64,000 nucleotides of DNA from positions 20,693,665-20,757,664 of the forward strand of contig CM119269.1 in the NCBI GenBank assembly GCA_051294375.1, read 5' to 3'. Source of the DNA: Paraspadella gotoi (taxonomy: Eukaryota; Animalia; Chaetognatha). Each line of letters opens with the position of its first letter. Within the stretch, counting starts at the first letter, position 1. The notes beneath the pieces are model-generated. The model saw only the letters and a program-made list of their open reading frames with translations. It was not told the origin of the DNA and ran no database searches. The position numbers and the translations under genes are program-made. Of this stretch, positions 11,501 through 24,300 are shown in pieces.

Positions 11501-14163
11501 GAGCGCACGGTCAATGGAGAAGTTACATCTCTCTTTTCTGGATCGGAAAGCAGCAGCAGCAGCTCCAGTCTTGGAGGAGATACGACGACGACTTCTTTCG
11601 CGATCGTAGAAGCGAAACGGTAGCACGGCGGCGCGGGCCGACCGCCGACCCCTTTCCCCTGGACCAGGTGCAGAATGCCAGACTGATTTTTATCGAAACT
11701 TTAAATTTAAGTTTTGAATGACTTTAACTTAATCGTTTGACCTTTCGATTATATAAACTAGATAAGTGATATAAGGATGTCATCAATAGTATGCTGTTTG
11801 TAAAAATGCACCATTAAATGTTTTAAATTTTGACACCCGGTATTGTAATGTGAAACGTATGTAAATTGGTGTACATTTTGGGGATATGATATGGTTTAAG
11901 TGAAATAGAAATACTGGATTTATTTAGAAAGGCATGAGTATTTGAGTTAGACAAATTTTGACAAATTATTTTAAGCTTAGCTTCACCAGTTCGTGAGTTA
12001 GGTTTATAACATGGTTTAAGAACATTAATGTTATCATAATTTATAAATTCAAATCTTAGAGTACCACTTAGTAATGATATGGCTAATTTATAACTAGTTA
12101 ATTTTATAACTAGTTTACTTGATATAAGAAAAAATATTTTTGAGAAAGATTTAAAGTAATGCTGTGTTAAAATATTTTAAGAGATAACAATGAACTGTAC
12201 AATTGTAAGTTAATATTAGTAGTATATTGATTAGTTTCATTGGGACAATTGAATTTTATATTTTATTTCTATGAAAAGAAATAATCATTTTGATCGCCTT
12301 ACATGGGATACAGGGGTGTGAAACTCGTGAAAGTGTTTTATTCAATTTTCTTAAAAATAAGCATGGAGTATATTAGTATATTTGGTGAATGACATGGTTT
12401 GGCAAATTTAAGATAAAATGTGATTTTTTGGAAGATGGTAAAGGTTAAAGATGACTATATTAATACATACAAACAACTCAAAAAACAATTATATCTTAAA
12501 ATTTTGATACAGTTTATATAAAAGTTAACTGAGTTTGCTGTTCATTTAAATTTTTTAACTGTTTATTTGAACTAATTAAAGAAGTGTAACCTTTTGATTA
12601 TTATTGAAGCATCTCAATTTAATTAGTATAATATATTTATAATATATATTAACTAATAAATATAAAAGTTGGAATACTACATTTGATTTAACTTTAGATT
12701 TTATCCTAGTCCAACTACTGTATATTGAAATAGGATTATATTATTGAAATGGTACAACAAATATAACACTAATTATATTATCTGTTCACTTTGCTGGTTG
12801 TTATTAAACACTTGTCGATCCAACCTTTTGTTTCTGAAACTTTAGAGGACTTGATTTAAACTATTCAACAATTCCTTACGGCTCAAAAGGTCGAGAATCT
12901 CGCTCTGATTACTCTGTTGATTGTGGAGAATGAAATAAGAGAGACAGGAAAACAGGATGTGTAAGAGGATAAAATTGGTGGCCTGTAAAGAGAGTTTGGC
13001 AGAGGTCTGGATGGGGATTCTTGAAAAGAACTTAAGGGTTTAGACCTCTAAGGCTGATAAAATTTTGGAATTAAATTTATTTGGAATTATCACAGGATAT
13101 TTTGACTGACTGTTGATACCAGATGAAAGATGAACATACTTCATGCATTCCTTCAACACACAAACAACGTCATTGGGTGACCTTATACCACCCATGGACA
13201 ATTGGTTAGATGCGTTTTAAAATCATTGTTGGGGAAAATTTGCGTAGAATTACAGTTAAAATTCTCTGATGAGAGTGGTCATGCCATTAAGTCAGAATGG
13301 CCAGAGTACCGTCCGCTTCTAATAAGGCAATGAGGTAAGAAAGACCTACCATCGCTTATGACTATTTTACTGAGTGTTAAATGACAACGACGTCTATGCG
13401 CCCCCATTGGAAAGTTGTTCTCCTTGTTGGAAGACAATTTTTGTCACATTACTTGTTGGCCAGTCTTGTACATGTCTGTTATGGACAGCCATTAGTTTCA
13501 TACTGGGTGCTATGAATTTGTACGTGAGCAGCTGCTACAGCTCTATAGCTATATATTCAAGATAGATTCTTGATCATCACTGCCGTTCTTTATCCCGTCT
13601 TTTCTCAATGCTAGCTGACCAACTATGAATAATGCATCATACTCGTATGCGTCTGCGCAACAGCTCAGATCAATCGACTAGGGAAATGTCTNNNNNNNNN
13701 NNNNNNNNNNNNNNNNATTCTTTTTTGTTGTTTGATTTTTATTAATTAACTAAAGCTAAATGATCAAAAGAGTTTTGATGAAAATGAACTTTTGCGATTA
13801 TGATTATTAAATGATGTCTTTCTATTCTTTTTTGTTGTTTGATTTTTATTAATTAACTAAAGCAAAATGATCAAAAGAGTTTTGATGAAAATGAACCTTT
13901 GCAATTATGATTTTTAAATGATACTCTACCGTAGGAATAAATTATTTTGCCGCCGTTAATTTAAGGGACAAATTATTTATTTTCTTCGTTCCTTTCTTTG
14001 TTATCGCCGTTGTCGTCGTTACAGGTCACGGTCACCGGAAACGCGACGTCTCGGAAGAGGAAACGCTCATGGTTTTGGAGGAAATTATGAAAGGAGGCGA
14101 ATGCGAAAACTTATGCGACGTAGAACTGAAGGTTGGTCTTTCTCTTTCTCTTTTTCTTCTCTC

Positions 14164-14206
<43 letters not shown>

Positions 14207-14327
14207 AGGAAGAGAGAGAGAGAGGGAGAAGAGAATTTTGAATTTGAAACTCATTCATGGGGTTTAGGCACAAAATAAAACAATAGGCCATAAAAAGCTA
14301 CTTCATACATTTATGCAGGAGAGAGAG

Positions 14328-14365
<38 letters not shown>

Positions 14366-17300
14366 AGAAGAGTAGAGAAGAAAGAAGAGAAAGAGAAGAC
14401 AACCTCAGTTCTACGTCGCATAGTTTTCGCATTCGCCTCCTTTCATATTTCCTCCAAACCATGAGCGTTTCCTCTTCCGAGACGTCCGCGTTTCCGGTGA
14501 CGTGACCTGTTACGACGACAACGGCGATAACAAAGAAAGGAACTCGAAGAAATAAATAATTTGTCCCTTTAAATTAACGGCGGCAAAATAATTTCATTCC
14601 TTACAGGTAGAGTATCATTTAAAAAGTTCATAATCTGCAAAGGTTCATTTTCATCAAAACTCTTTTTGATCATTTTGCTTTGTTATTAATTAAAATCAAA
14701 CAACTATAATAGGAAAAGACATTCATTTAATAATCATAATCGCAAAGGTCATTTTCATCAAACTTCTTTTGATCATTTAGCTTTATAATAATAAAAATCA
14801 AACAACAAAAAGAATAGAAAGACATCAACTCACTTGAACATCCAATCGTCGCGCTCAATCTGAGGAATGAAATTTACCAAAAATTAAGAAGAGGAAAGCA
14901 TTTTTTAATAAAACAAATACTGAGAAATTTATTAATTATTCGTATTCTATTATTTATTATTATTATTATTATTATTATTTATTATTATTTATTATTATTT
15001 TTTATTTATTATTATTATTATTAATTATATATTATTTATTATGTATTATTAATATTTGATTTTATTATTAATATTTATTATAACGGATGATAAAAACAAA
15101 AAAATTTTACCACAGAAAGAACAAAAGCCAGCGCCAATAAATCGCGCCACTGTCCGCCATGGGAGTCGTGGTCTTCGGGCTTCACTTCAGGCTGTTGGCC
15201 TAGAAAAGTCGTTTTTCTGTCTTGGTTCACCTTTCTCTAACTCGGAATCGAATTTGCTTCATTCAAAAATTGATCCAGAATTTTCGTTGGTCCAGAGCTG
15301 TAAGTTCTAAACGTATTCTGCTTCGGCGCGCCAAAATCAGAACTTTATCGCGGTCAAAATGGTTTTTTTGGTTGCTATTTTTCATTATCACGTCAAATCG
15401 CACGCAAATGAAGTCCAGAACGACTAACGAGTTAATCTATTCAATTGATCATTATTCTTACTTTCCTTATTTTATTTATTATATTTATATCCGAAAGAAA
15501 TTCTCTTTTGTCTTTTTTCCTCCATTTATGCAAATTTGATCGCGCGCGTCGTTTAGACGTCGGTGCGTACGAATCGTTTCTCTCTCTCCCTCTCTCTCTC
15601 TCTCCTCTTCTCTCTCTCTCTCTCTCCCTTCGGCAGTATGCAAATGTCATCAGAGAATTTCTCACCTCCATCTCCGCAGAAAACGGAAACCCTGGGCTAA
15701 TTCCTATTCTCTTTTTACGTTGTTTGAAATTTCGATTATGCGCTCCTCTAATTGGAATATGTATATAATGTATATATTGGAATTTATGATATTATTATTT
15801 CTTTTCTTGTCAAAAGTCTAATCCAGTTTTTTCAGATAAAAAATTTAGGTTTCATTAAGTTTTGATGGTAAATTACGTATGATCAGTAATTTAATTGGGA
15901 AAAACAATTAATAATTTATATTAAGCATTATCAGAGCGCTTATCGCGGTACTAAAAGGGTAATCGTAATTTAATGGCGAAAAACCAATTAATAATTTATA
16001 TAAGCATTATCAGAGCGCTAGTCGCCGGTACTAAAAGAATATTAAAGTAATTATTTACATAATTCTCGTTTCTTAGCTTTACAAATAACCTTTCGTCGAA
16101 TGTGTAAACAAATGCTTTTTGGTTTTCGTCGGCTTGTTAATTCTTCAGTCGTGATTTTGGCCGATTAAGTAAACATTTTTGTATTCTCCCCGTTTATTCG
16201 TTTGTTCACGTTATTTAATATTAATCATAATGAATACTCATCCTCTTTCTAATATCATTAGGCTAAATAGCATGTCGTCAGTTATTACAGGAGCTTAGTA
16301 ATAAAGGACGACATGGTGGCATCGGCCCTTGTTCGTCCCCACGTTCTCTTGTTGCTACTGCCTACGCTTAAGTGGGATGTCGGTGCGAGTTTTTCATGAG
16401 CTAATATGTCATATTGATAACGATAATTAGATTAGGTTATTAAGTTATCTAAGTGGCGGGTGTGTTTAATTGTCCACTCTCCTTCACATCCGCGTGCGTG
16501 GATGTAAAGTAGCTATTGCGGTCCTGTCACCTGCAAGCGTGGAGTGGGAGCTTATGGCTTTACTGGGCTTTGTTGGTATGCCGTCTGCGGAAGTAGACGA
16601 AAAACCCCGGCTCAGCAGTGAGCTCTTAACTGCGTCTGCACAGTAGACGAAAAAACTCACTGCTCAGCGTTGAGACCTCATAACTTGCCGTCCTTGGCGA
16701 CGTAAAAACCGGAAAACCCCGTTAAAGAGAGGATTACCATTGAAAATATATGGAATTCGCCACATAGCGTTCGAACTTTTTTTGTTTGCGCACTTTTTAC
16801 CCGCATGTGGTCGTTTTTTAATAATAAATCGTTTTCGCTTCCTTGCATTTGCTATGACAAATGTTGATTGACGGAGGCCCATTAAGCTGGGACCATATTG
16901 CCTCTGCAAGTACGGAGGCCCATTAAGCTGGGACCATTTGCCTCTGCAAAATGTCGAGGCCCATTAAGCTGGGATAGGTTGTAAAGTTACCTCTTTGAGG
17001 AATTAAGATATAAATAGATTGACGAGTGTTTCAATTCCTATATTAGAGATGCGTCGACCGCGTCTCTGTTTCTAGGGTTCTTCATACCGTTAATGCATAG
17101 ATCCGTTTGTGTGAGTTACACGAACGACTATTGGGTGTTTCTAGTTGAATTTAGGTTAGTGTAGTTTATAATTTAAGGTGTCCAAAATGGTGAGGCAGGG
17201 CGAGAAAAAAATGGGATAAATATGCCCAACAAAATGTTGATTCTATATTGTATAAATTTTATAATTTTGATTAAAAATTAATATTAAAATGGCCTATCAC

Positions 17301-20300
17301 GAGAGAATAAAAAATAATAATAAGAAATTTCCTCAATCTTGAAACTCAATCATATTGCCTCGCTCCCGACGAATGATGATTTCCTCAATCTTTTTAATTC
17401 TCTCTCTCGTAACGTTGCCTCTTACATCTCGACGGCGAAATTGGCGAATTTTTGACCTCTAATTCACGAAGATTTTTCTCACTGCCGGACAGCCTCACAT
17501 CAGAGCTTCTTTTAAACACGACGAATTGCAGCACGGCGGGAAATCAGAAACTAACGCCTTTTCACGCTTAGTTTATTTCTTTGCCGGAAGCTTCCATCGT
17601 GAAATTTTTCTCGTTTAAACGTGGAGAGAACGTTTAATTTGACACGATCAATGGAGGAATTTTCATTTCTTTGAAAGTCATTTAACAAAAGCGGTTTCAT
17701 AATAAAACAAATTCGACTGTGTTAGATTACGTGATCATTGTCTCTACGGTTTGTAAAAATATAAAAATATTCTTGACGGCCAGTTTCGATTCCTGCGACC
17801 TTCAACGTCGAAACGATTTTCCCGTGAATCTCTGATCTTTAGTTTAAAATTAAACTTCTCCCGGGCGTACGGGAGTCTAAACGAAAGCTGAACAAATCTT
17901 TTCTTGTTGAAATTCGATTTCACGATTGTTTGAACTAACTTTCGCGCTTAACGCGGCTCTATAAAATCGCATCGTTCCAGTCTATCTACGACGTCATTCA
18001 TTGTTTTAAATTCCAATGTATGCATCGACCTGCGAAGATCGAAAAGATAAACAAACTCGGACATTTCCTTGCATCGACGATAGCCTTTAAGTTTTGCTTC
18101 TACAATTACCGTTAAATTTAACGTGATGTTCGTGATTCTGTGGAAAGAGCTCACGCTTTTCTGTTTATGATACAAAATGTCAAACCGCTGCCAAGATTTT
18201 GGACTCTTTTTCATGTAACATTAAGGTGGAAATGGAAATCTTTTGAAGACGACGACGACAATGATCGTTTTAATTCTTCATTATTTTGGAACAAGAAAAT
18301 AGAAATTTTTGCCATTTATCACAATAAAAAGGAAAAGAGCCTTAAAAATAAACCAAAATAAACTTTTCGTCTTTCATCTCTTAATCTCGAATCTCAATTC
18401 TCGAATCTCAAATCTCGGGCTTTCAACTTATCAACTATCGGACGCTAAAGAAACAGTTTTCAAGATTAAACCGAATTTTCCCTTCTCTACTCTCAATTAT
18501 AAAACTTCTTCAACTATCAACTATCAAATACCGACGCCAAAGAATCATTTTACAAAATTCGCATAACAAGGAACCTGTGTCTTCTCCCACACCTGCCTCC
18601 TCATGGGTGGTCATGGACCATCTTCATCTTCCTCAACTCCTCACGAGGCCGGGCCTTTTCGCTCTCAACAAGTTTCTCACGGGCTTGCAACGCTTCGTCC
18701 TTTCTGCCGTCTGGGAAATAGTCGCGCGACCGAGGCCGGCGACGAAAAGCGGGCTTCCACGACCACGGAAGCATTTCGGTTCCCCAGGCTCACGAACGGC
18801 AACCGGTTGCGCAGCATCTGGCCAGCAGCGGCGAGGATCGACGAATTTGCTGTGCATGGAACGCCAGCAGCACGGTCAGTGCCTTTTCTCTTCTTCTCTC
18901 TCTCTTCACGTGAAATGGGAAAGCAGCATTGGCGACGGCTTGCAGCCGACGAGCGCACGGTCAATGGAGAAGTTACATCTCTCTTTTCTGGATCGGAAAG
19001 CAGCAGCAGCAGCTCCAGTCTTGGAGGAGATACGACGACGACTTCTTTCGCGATCGTAGAAGCGAAACGGTAGCACGGCGGCGCGGGCCGACCGCCGACC
19101 CCTTTCCCCTGGACCAGGTGCAGAATGCCAGACTGATTTTTATCGAAACTTTAAATTTAAGTTTTGAATGACTTTAACTTAATCGTTTGACCTTTCGATT
19201 ATATAAACTAGATAAGTGATATAAGGATGTCATCAATAGTATGCTGTTTGTAAAAATGCACCATTAAATGTTTTAAATTTTGACACCCGGTATTGTAATG
19301 TGAAACGTATGTAAATTGGTGTACATTTTGGGGATATGATATGGTTTAAGTGAAATAGAAATACTGGATTTATTTAGAAAGGCATGAGTATTTGAGTTAG
19401 ACAAATTTTGACAAATTATTTTAAGCTTAGCTTCACCAGTTCGTGAGTTAGGTTTATAACATGGTTTAAGAACATTAATGTTATCATAATTTATAAATTC
19501 AAATCTTAGAGTACCACTTAGTAATGATATGGCTAATTTATAACTAGTTAATTTTATAACTAGTTTACTTGATATAAGAAAAAATATTTTTGAGAAAGAT
19601 TTAAAGTAATGCTGTGTTAAAATATTTTAAGAGATAACAATGAACTGTACAATTGTAAGTTAATATTAGTAGTATATTGATTAGTTTCATTGGGACAATT
19701 GAATTTTATATTTTATTTCTATGAAAAGAAATAATCATTTTGATCGCCTTACATGGGATACAGGGGTGTGAAACTCGTGAAAGTGTTTTATTCAATTTTC
19801 TTAAAAATAAGCATGGAGTATATTAGTATATTTGGTGAATGACATGGTTTGGCAAATTTAAGATAAAATGTGATTTTTTGGAAGATGGTAAAGGTTAAAG
19901 ATGACTATATTAATACATACAAACAACTCAAAAAACAATTATATCTTAAAATTTTGATACAGTTTATATAAAAGTTAACTGAGTTTGCTGTTCATTTAAA
20001 TTTTTTAACTGTTTATTTGAACTAATTAAAGAAGTGTAACCTTTTGATTATTATTGAAGCATCTCAATTTAATTAGTATAATATATTTATAATATATATT
20101 AACTAATAAATATAAAAGTTGGAATACTACATTTGATTTAACTTTAGATTTTATCCTAGTCCAACTACTGTATATTGAAATAGGATTATATTATTGAAAT
20201 GGTACAACAAATATAACACTAATTATATTATCTGTTCACTTTGCTGGTTGTTATTAAACACTTGTCGATCCAACCTTTTGTTTCTGAAACTTTAGAGGAC

Positions 20301-21301
20301 TTGATTTAAACTATTCAACAATTCCTTACGGCTCAAAAGGTCGAGAATCTCGCTCTGATTACTCTGTTGATTGTGGAGAATGAAATAAGAGAGACAGGAA
20401 AACAGGATGTGTAAGAGGATAAAATTGGTGGCCTGTAAAGAGAGTTTGGCAGAGGTCTGGATGGGGATTCTTGAAAAGAACTTAAGGGTTTAGACCTCTA
20501 AGGCTGATAAAATTTTGGAATTAAATTTATTTGGAATTATCACAGGATATTTTGACTGACTGTTGATACCAGATGAAAGATGAACATACTTCATGCATTC
20601 CTTCAACACACAAACAACGTCATTGGGTGACCTTATACCACCCATGGACAATTGGTTAGATGCGTTTTAAAATCATTGTTGGGGAAAATTTGCGTAGAAT
20701 TACAGTTAAAATTCTCTGATGAGAGTGGTCATGCCATTAAGTCAGAATGGCCAGAGTACCGTCCGCTTCTAATAAGGCAATGAGGTAAGAAAGACCTACC
20801 ATCGCTTATGACTATTTTACTGAGTGTTAAATGACAACGACGTCTATGCGCCCCCATTGGAAAGTTGTTCTCCTTGTTGGAAGACAATTTTTGTCACATT
20901 ACTTGTTGGCCAGTCTTGTACATGTCTGTTATGGACAGCCATTAGTTTCATACTGGGTGCTATGAATTTGTACGTGAGCAGCTGCTACAGCTCTATAGCT
21001 ATATATTCAAGATAGATTCTTGATCATCACTGCCGTTCTTTATCCCGTCTTTTCTCAATGCTAGCTGACCAACTATGAATAATGCATCATACTCGTATGC
21101 GTCTGCGCAACAGCTCAGATCAATCGACTAGGGAAATGTCTNNNNNNNNNNNNNNNNNNNNNNNNNAAAAAAGTGACTTTTAAGCGAGTCGCTCCCTCTT
21201 CTCATAAATGAAAAACGACTTCACACCATAAAATTTTATTCGATTTTCTTTCCTTCCTTCTTCCTTCTTTCCTTCTCTTCCCGCAGAATTTCCAACCGTA
21301 A
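7121..21301 (+). CDS. Small secreted propeptide-like protein (65 aa); exons 7121-7171, 7339-7363, 14025-14131, 21287-21301, split by misassembly
   Basis: Exons join in phase (0,1,0) with GT-AG sites: MAGQWRRLLALCFCLSV|IDATIGCS|SHGHRKRDVSEEETLMVLEEIMKGGECENLCDVELK|NFQP*. Signal-peptide-like N-terminus and RKR site. The last exon lies across a gap and is less certain. Confidence 0.6.
7365..13691. repeat. Copy 1 of an identical 6327-bp duplication
   Basis: Matches 14815-21141 (offset 7450; ORF tracks identical); both copies end in a 25-N gap. Confidence 0.97.
9422..9525 (+). repeat. ~40-bp tandem repeat, ~2.5 copies
   Basis: Unit GAGGCCCATTAAGCTGGGACCAT(A)TTGCCTCTGCAA; also in the duplicate at 16872-16975. 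Confidence 0.9.
13692..13716. other. Assembly gap (25 N)
   Basis: 25 N. Confidence 1.
13717..14816. repeat. Second inverted repeat, probable artefact
   Basis: 14319-14816 is an indel-rich reverse complement of ~13717-14230, which itself includes a ~107-bp tandem duplication at 13717-13925. Confidence 0.9.
14815..21141. repeat. Copy 2 of the identical 6327-bp duplication
   Basis: Matches 7365-13691. Confidence 0.97.
21142..21166. other. Assembly gap (25 N)
   Basis: 25 N. Confidence 1.
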
Positions 21302-24300
21302 TGGCCCCTTTGCTTTCAAGGTCGCCTTCCCGACGGAGTCGACGTCTCGATTGACTCAAATCTGTTCCGGCCTCTGTCTCAAACTGGACCAGGCCACAAC
21401 CTTTCAAAGCTGAAATGACTCGTAGGCGCCGTGCTGAGGATTCTGAGAGGATTTCGCTCCTATTCCCCCTTAAGTAAAGTTAAAGAAATGAAAATCATTT
21501 CAAGTCTCAAATGATTAATTATTAATTGATTAAAATCGATTCATTTTTTTGTTACTGCTTAATCTCTACTTATTACAGGGGTGGGTCCATATATCGAGAC
21601 AAAACTTAACGTCCTGCCATGTCTGAACGATTTGAGATACAATAATAAAATTAGTGGCAAAAGTTTTTTTGGGATATTTATTTTGATATACAATGAATCA
21701 AATTAAATTTTTAGCAACTACAAGGCGTCGTGGATGTTTTCAAAACATTTAGTCGTTTTTATGCACGCGCATTATATTGCATGAGATGAAAGCCATACTT
21801 GTAAATATATTTCAGTGGTCCGAAATTTTACATGATTAATTTAATCATATGACAAAATCGTTAAAAAATTATTTGATAAAAGTAAGTTTTAATAAAAATT
21901 AAACCACAAATTAAACCTTACCTGTTTACTTCAAATTTCTTTAAACCAAAATGGAATGTACACCTTGCCAGAGGCATTATTATACTACAAATAAGTATTT
22001 TAAAAAATATTTTTATATGTTACATCTTAGAAAGAGATTAATTAATAAGTATTCAAACTTTTTTCTTTCAAACCGCGCAGAGAAAACCGAGCAGTTACCT
22101 TTAAAAATTATTAACAGTTTTAGAGTAAGTATTTTTTAAATTTTGTCTCGATATATAGTTCCACCCCTGTACATTTGGCGAAGCTTTCAAGCAATCAAAT
22201 GAAATGTTTTGAGCTCTTTCTGGACTAAATTTTCGCCTTTATTACGAAAGAACAGTTGAATGTAGATCAAAACCATCGAAATTTGATATTAGCTTTCAGA
22301 TGATACCAAAAATGCCTACCAAAAGAGACGGGAAAATGGCGTATTTACCAATTTTGCGCCATTAGTCAACTTTTTTTCGCGCGAGAAATGTCAAACTGAC
22401 TTTTTCTATTTAAACGGACACAAATAACTGCTAGCGCTACCTTTGTTTTTATAGAAGTCATATCAATTATAAAAGACAGAATTCCGATAGAGGGCGTATC
22501 GAATGCTCATTGGAAGCGACATGATCACCCGGAAATACACTTTAAAGAAAGTCACTGAGTCACAAATAGAAATTATAGTTTTTTTTTTTTTTTCTTTCGT
22601 TTTTCCTTCTTCACTCTGTTTCCTCACTTCCCCAATTATTTTCTCATTTCAACTCTCCTTTCATTTCTTCTCTCTTTATCCTTCCCTTCAATTCTATTCT
22701 TCCCCCGATAGAATTCCTCCTTCCTCTTCTTCCTCTCCTTCAATTCTATTCTTCNNNNNNNNNNATTTCTCCTTCCTCTTCATCCTTCTTTCAATTCTAT
22801 TCTTCCCCCAATAGAATTCCTCCTTCCTCTTCTTCCTCTCCTTCAACCTCTCGTTCAACTCCATCTGCGACCAAAAGTAAGAAACGCTATTTGATTTAAC
22901 TAAATTGAGAACCGAATCTTTTTTTCTTTGCGTCATTTCGTCTCATTTATGTCATAAACATAAACATAAAGACGTTACGTCGATTCAGTTTTCTTCGTTA
23001 TGTGTAGAACACGTGAGTCCGTTACGAAACTTTTCCCCTTGCAGTTTGCGTCATCACCGAGTTCACTTGTCGAGGGAGAGCGAGGAGGAGCGTGAGACGG
23101 AAAAAACGAAAAGGATAATCAATAACAAAACAAGCGGGAAATTCAAAGTATTTCTCGTGGAATAAAAATAACAAGTATCGATTTTCAACGTTTGCGACGA
23201 GCAATTTATTTATTCGATCGACATATATTTCTTTACGATTCCAATTTCATTTTCAACTCAGATGATTTTCAAATCTAGTTTCAACGCGTCGCCGCCTCGC
23301 CACGCGTTGCCATTTCCTCGCCGCAATTCGCAATTTCCTCGCCACGTGTTGCCATTTCTTTGCCACGTGTTGCCATTTCCTCGCCGCACGTTGCCATTTC
23401 CCGTCGCCGTCAAAACCTAAACTCGTAGTAGGGATCGAGTCCACGTCCCCTTCTCTCCTGCTTCGCCTTTTGCGCGGCAAAAACTGGACGCCAAAGTCGC
23501 GGATTGTAGCGGAGTTTGGCTGGAAACAAAAGGGCAATGAGCTCTCTCTCTCTCTCTCTCTCATAATCGATGGATTTTTATTCGATTTTATTAAATTTAT
23601 CGAATTTTCGATAAGTGGGAAAATTTTATCAAGAAAAAGAAATTCGAATACAGAGTGAATAGGAAGCATCATTGAAGAGCCAATTTTATATGAGTGAAGT
23701 GGAGAAATACACTATCACGTGCCCCGGGCCGAGAGGCCTTGCCCTGGTTCTTATTAAAAACTAAGGCAAGATGGCTGCCGTCAACAGAAAAAGTACTTCA
23801 TGCCCAAAATCAATACCGAAAAAGCGCGAACATTTAAAGTTTCTTGAAGTAATTACAACCGTCATTGTCGCGATCGACAGAACTTCCCGAACCAGTTCGC
23901 AACGATATCGAAGAGTTAGCGAAGGGCGACGGAGTGGAGGCTGATTAATCTAGAAAATGGAGGATGCCCAATGTTGAAAAACGACGTTTGAATACAGATG
24001 AGATCTGCGAATCTGAATCTCTTAATCCGCCACCTGCAAAATATAGATGAAGCAGGTCCTACTGCAGGACCAGAAGCTGACGGAGCCACAAAGATAATCG
24101 TCTAGATGGAAATATCCCAAAGAGATTAAGAATCAAGAATGAAGGTAATAGAGCTGGTTGAAAAGTTTAAAAAGACCTGATGCGGAATTGATGAATTAAA
24201 GTTACAAAAAAGAGAGATATCTATTTTGATTGGCAAAAAATGTGCAATGCATTTAATATCCTAAATACAGGTGGACACGTGGAAGAATTCAGTCTAAGGC

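Noticed and set aside
12900-13691. Minus-strand remnant resembling a RING/TRAF-type zinc finger or RAG1-like N-terminus (FLPHCLI...FKTHLTNCP)
   Set aside because: Too many stops and frameshifts in error-prone sequence; no diagnostic motif.
14025-14131. LCDVELKV as the start of a BTB domain
   Set aside because: It is preceded by a signal peptide and RKR, and no downstream BTB exons were found; cannot be fully excluded because of the gap.
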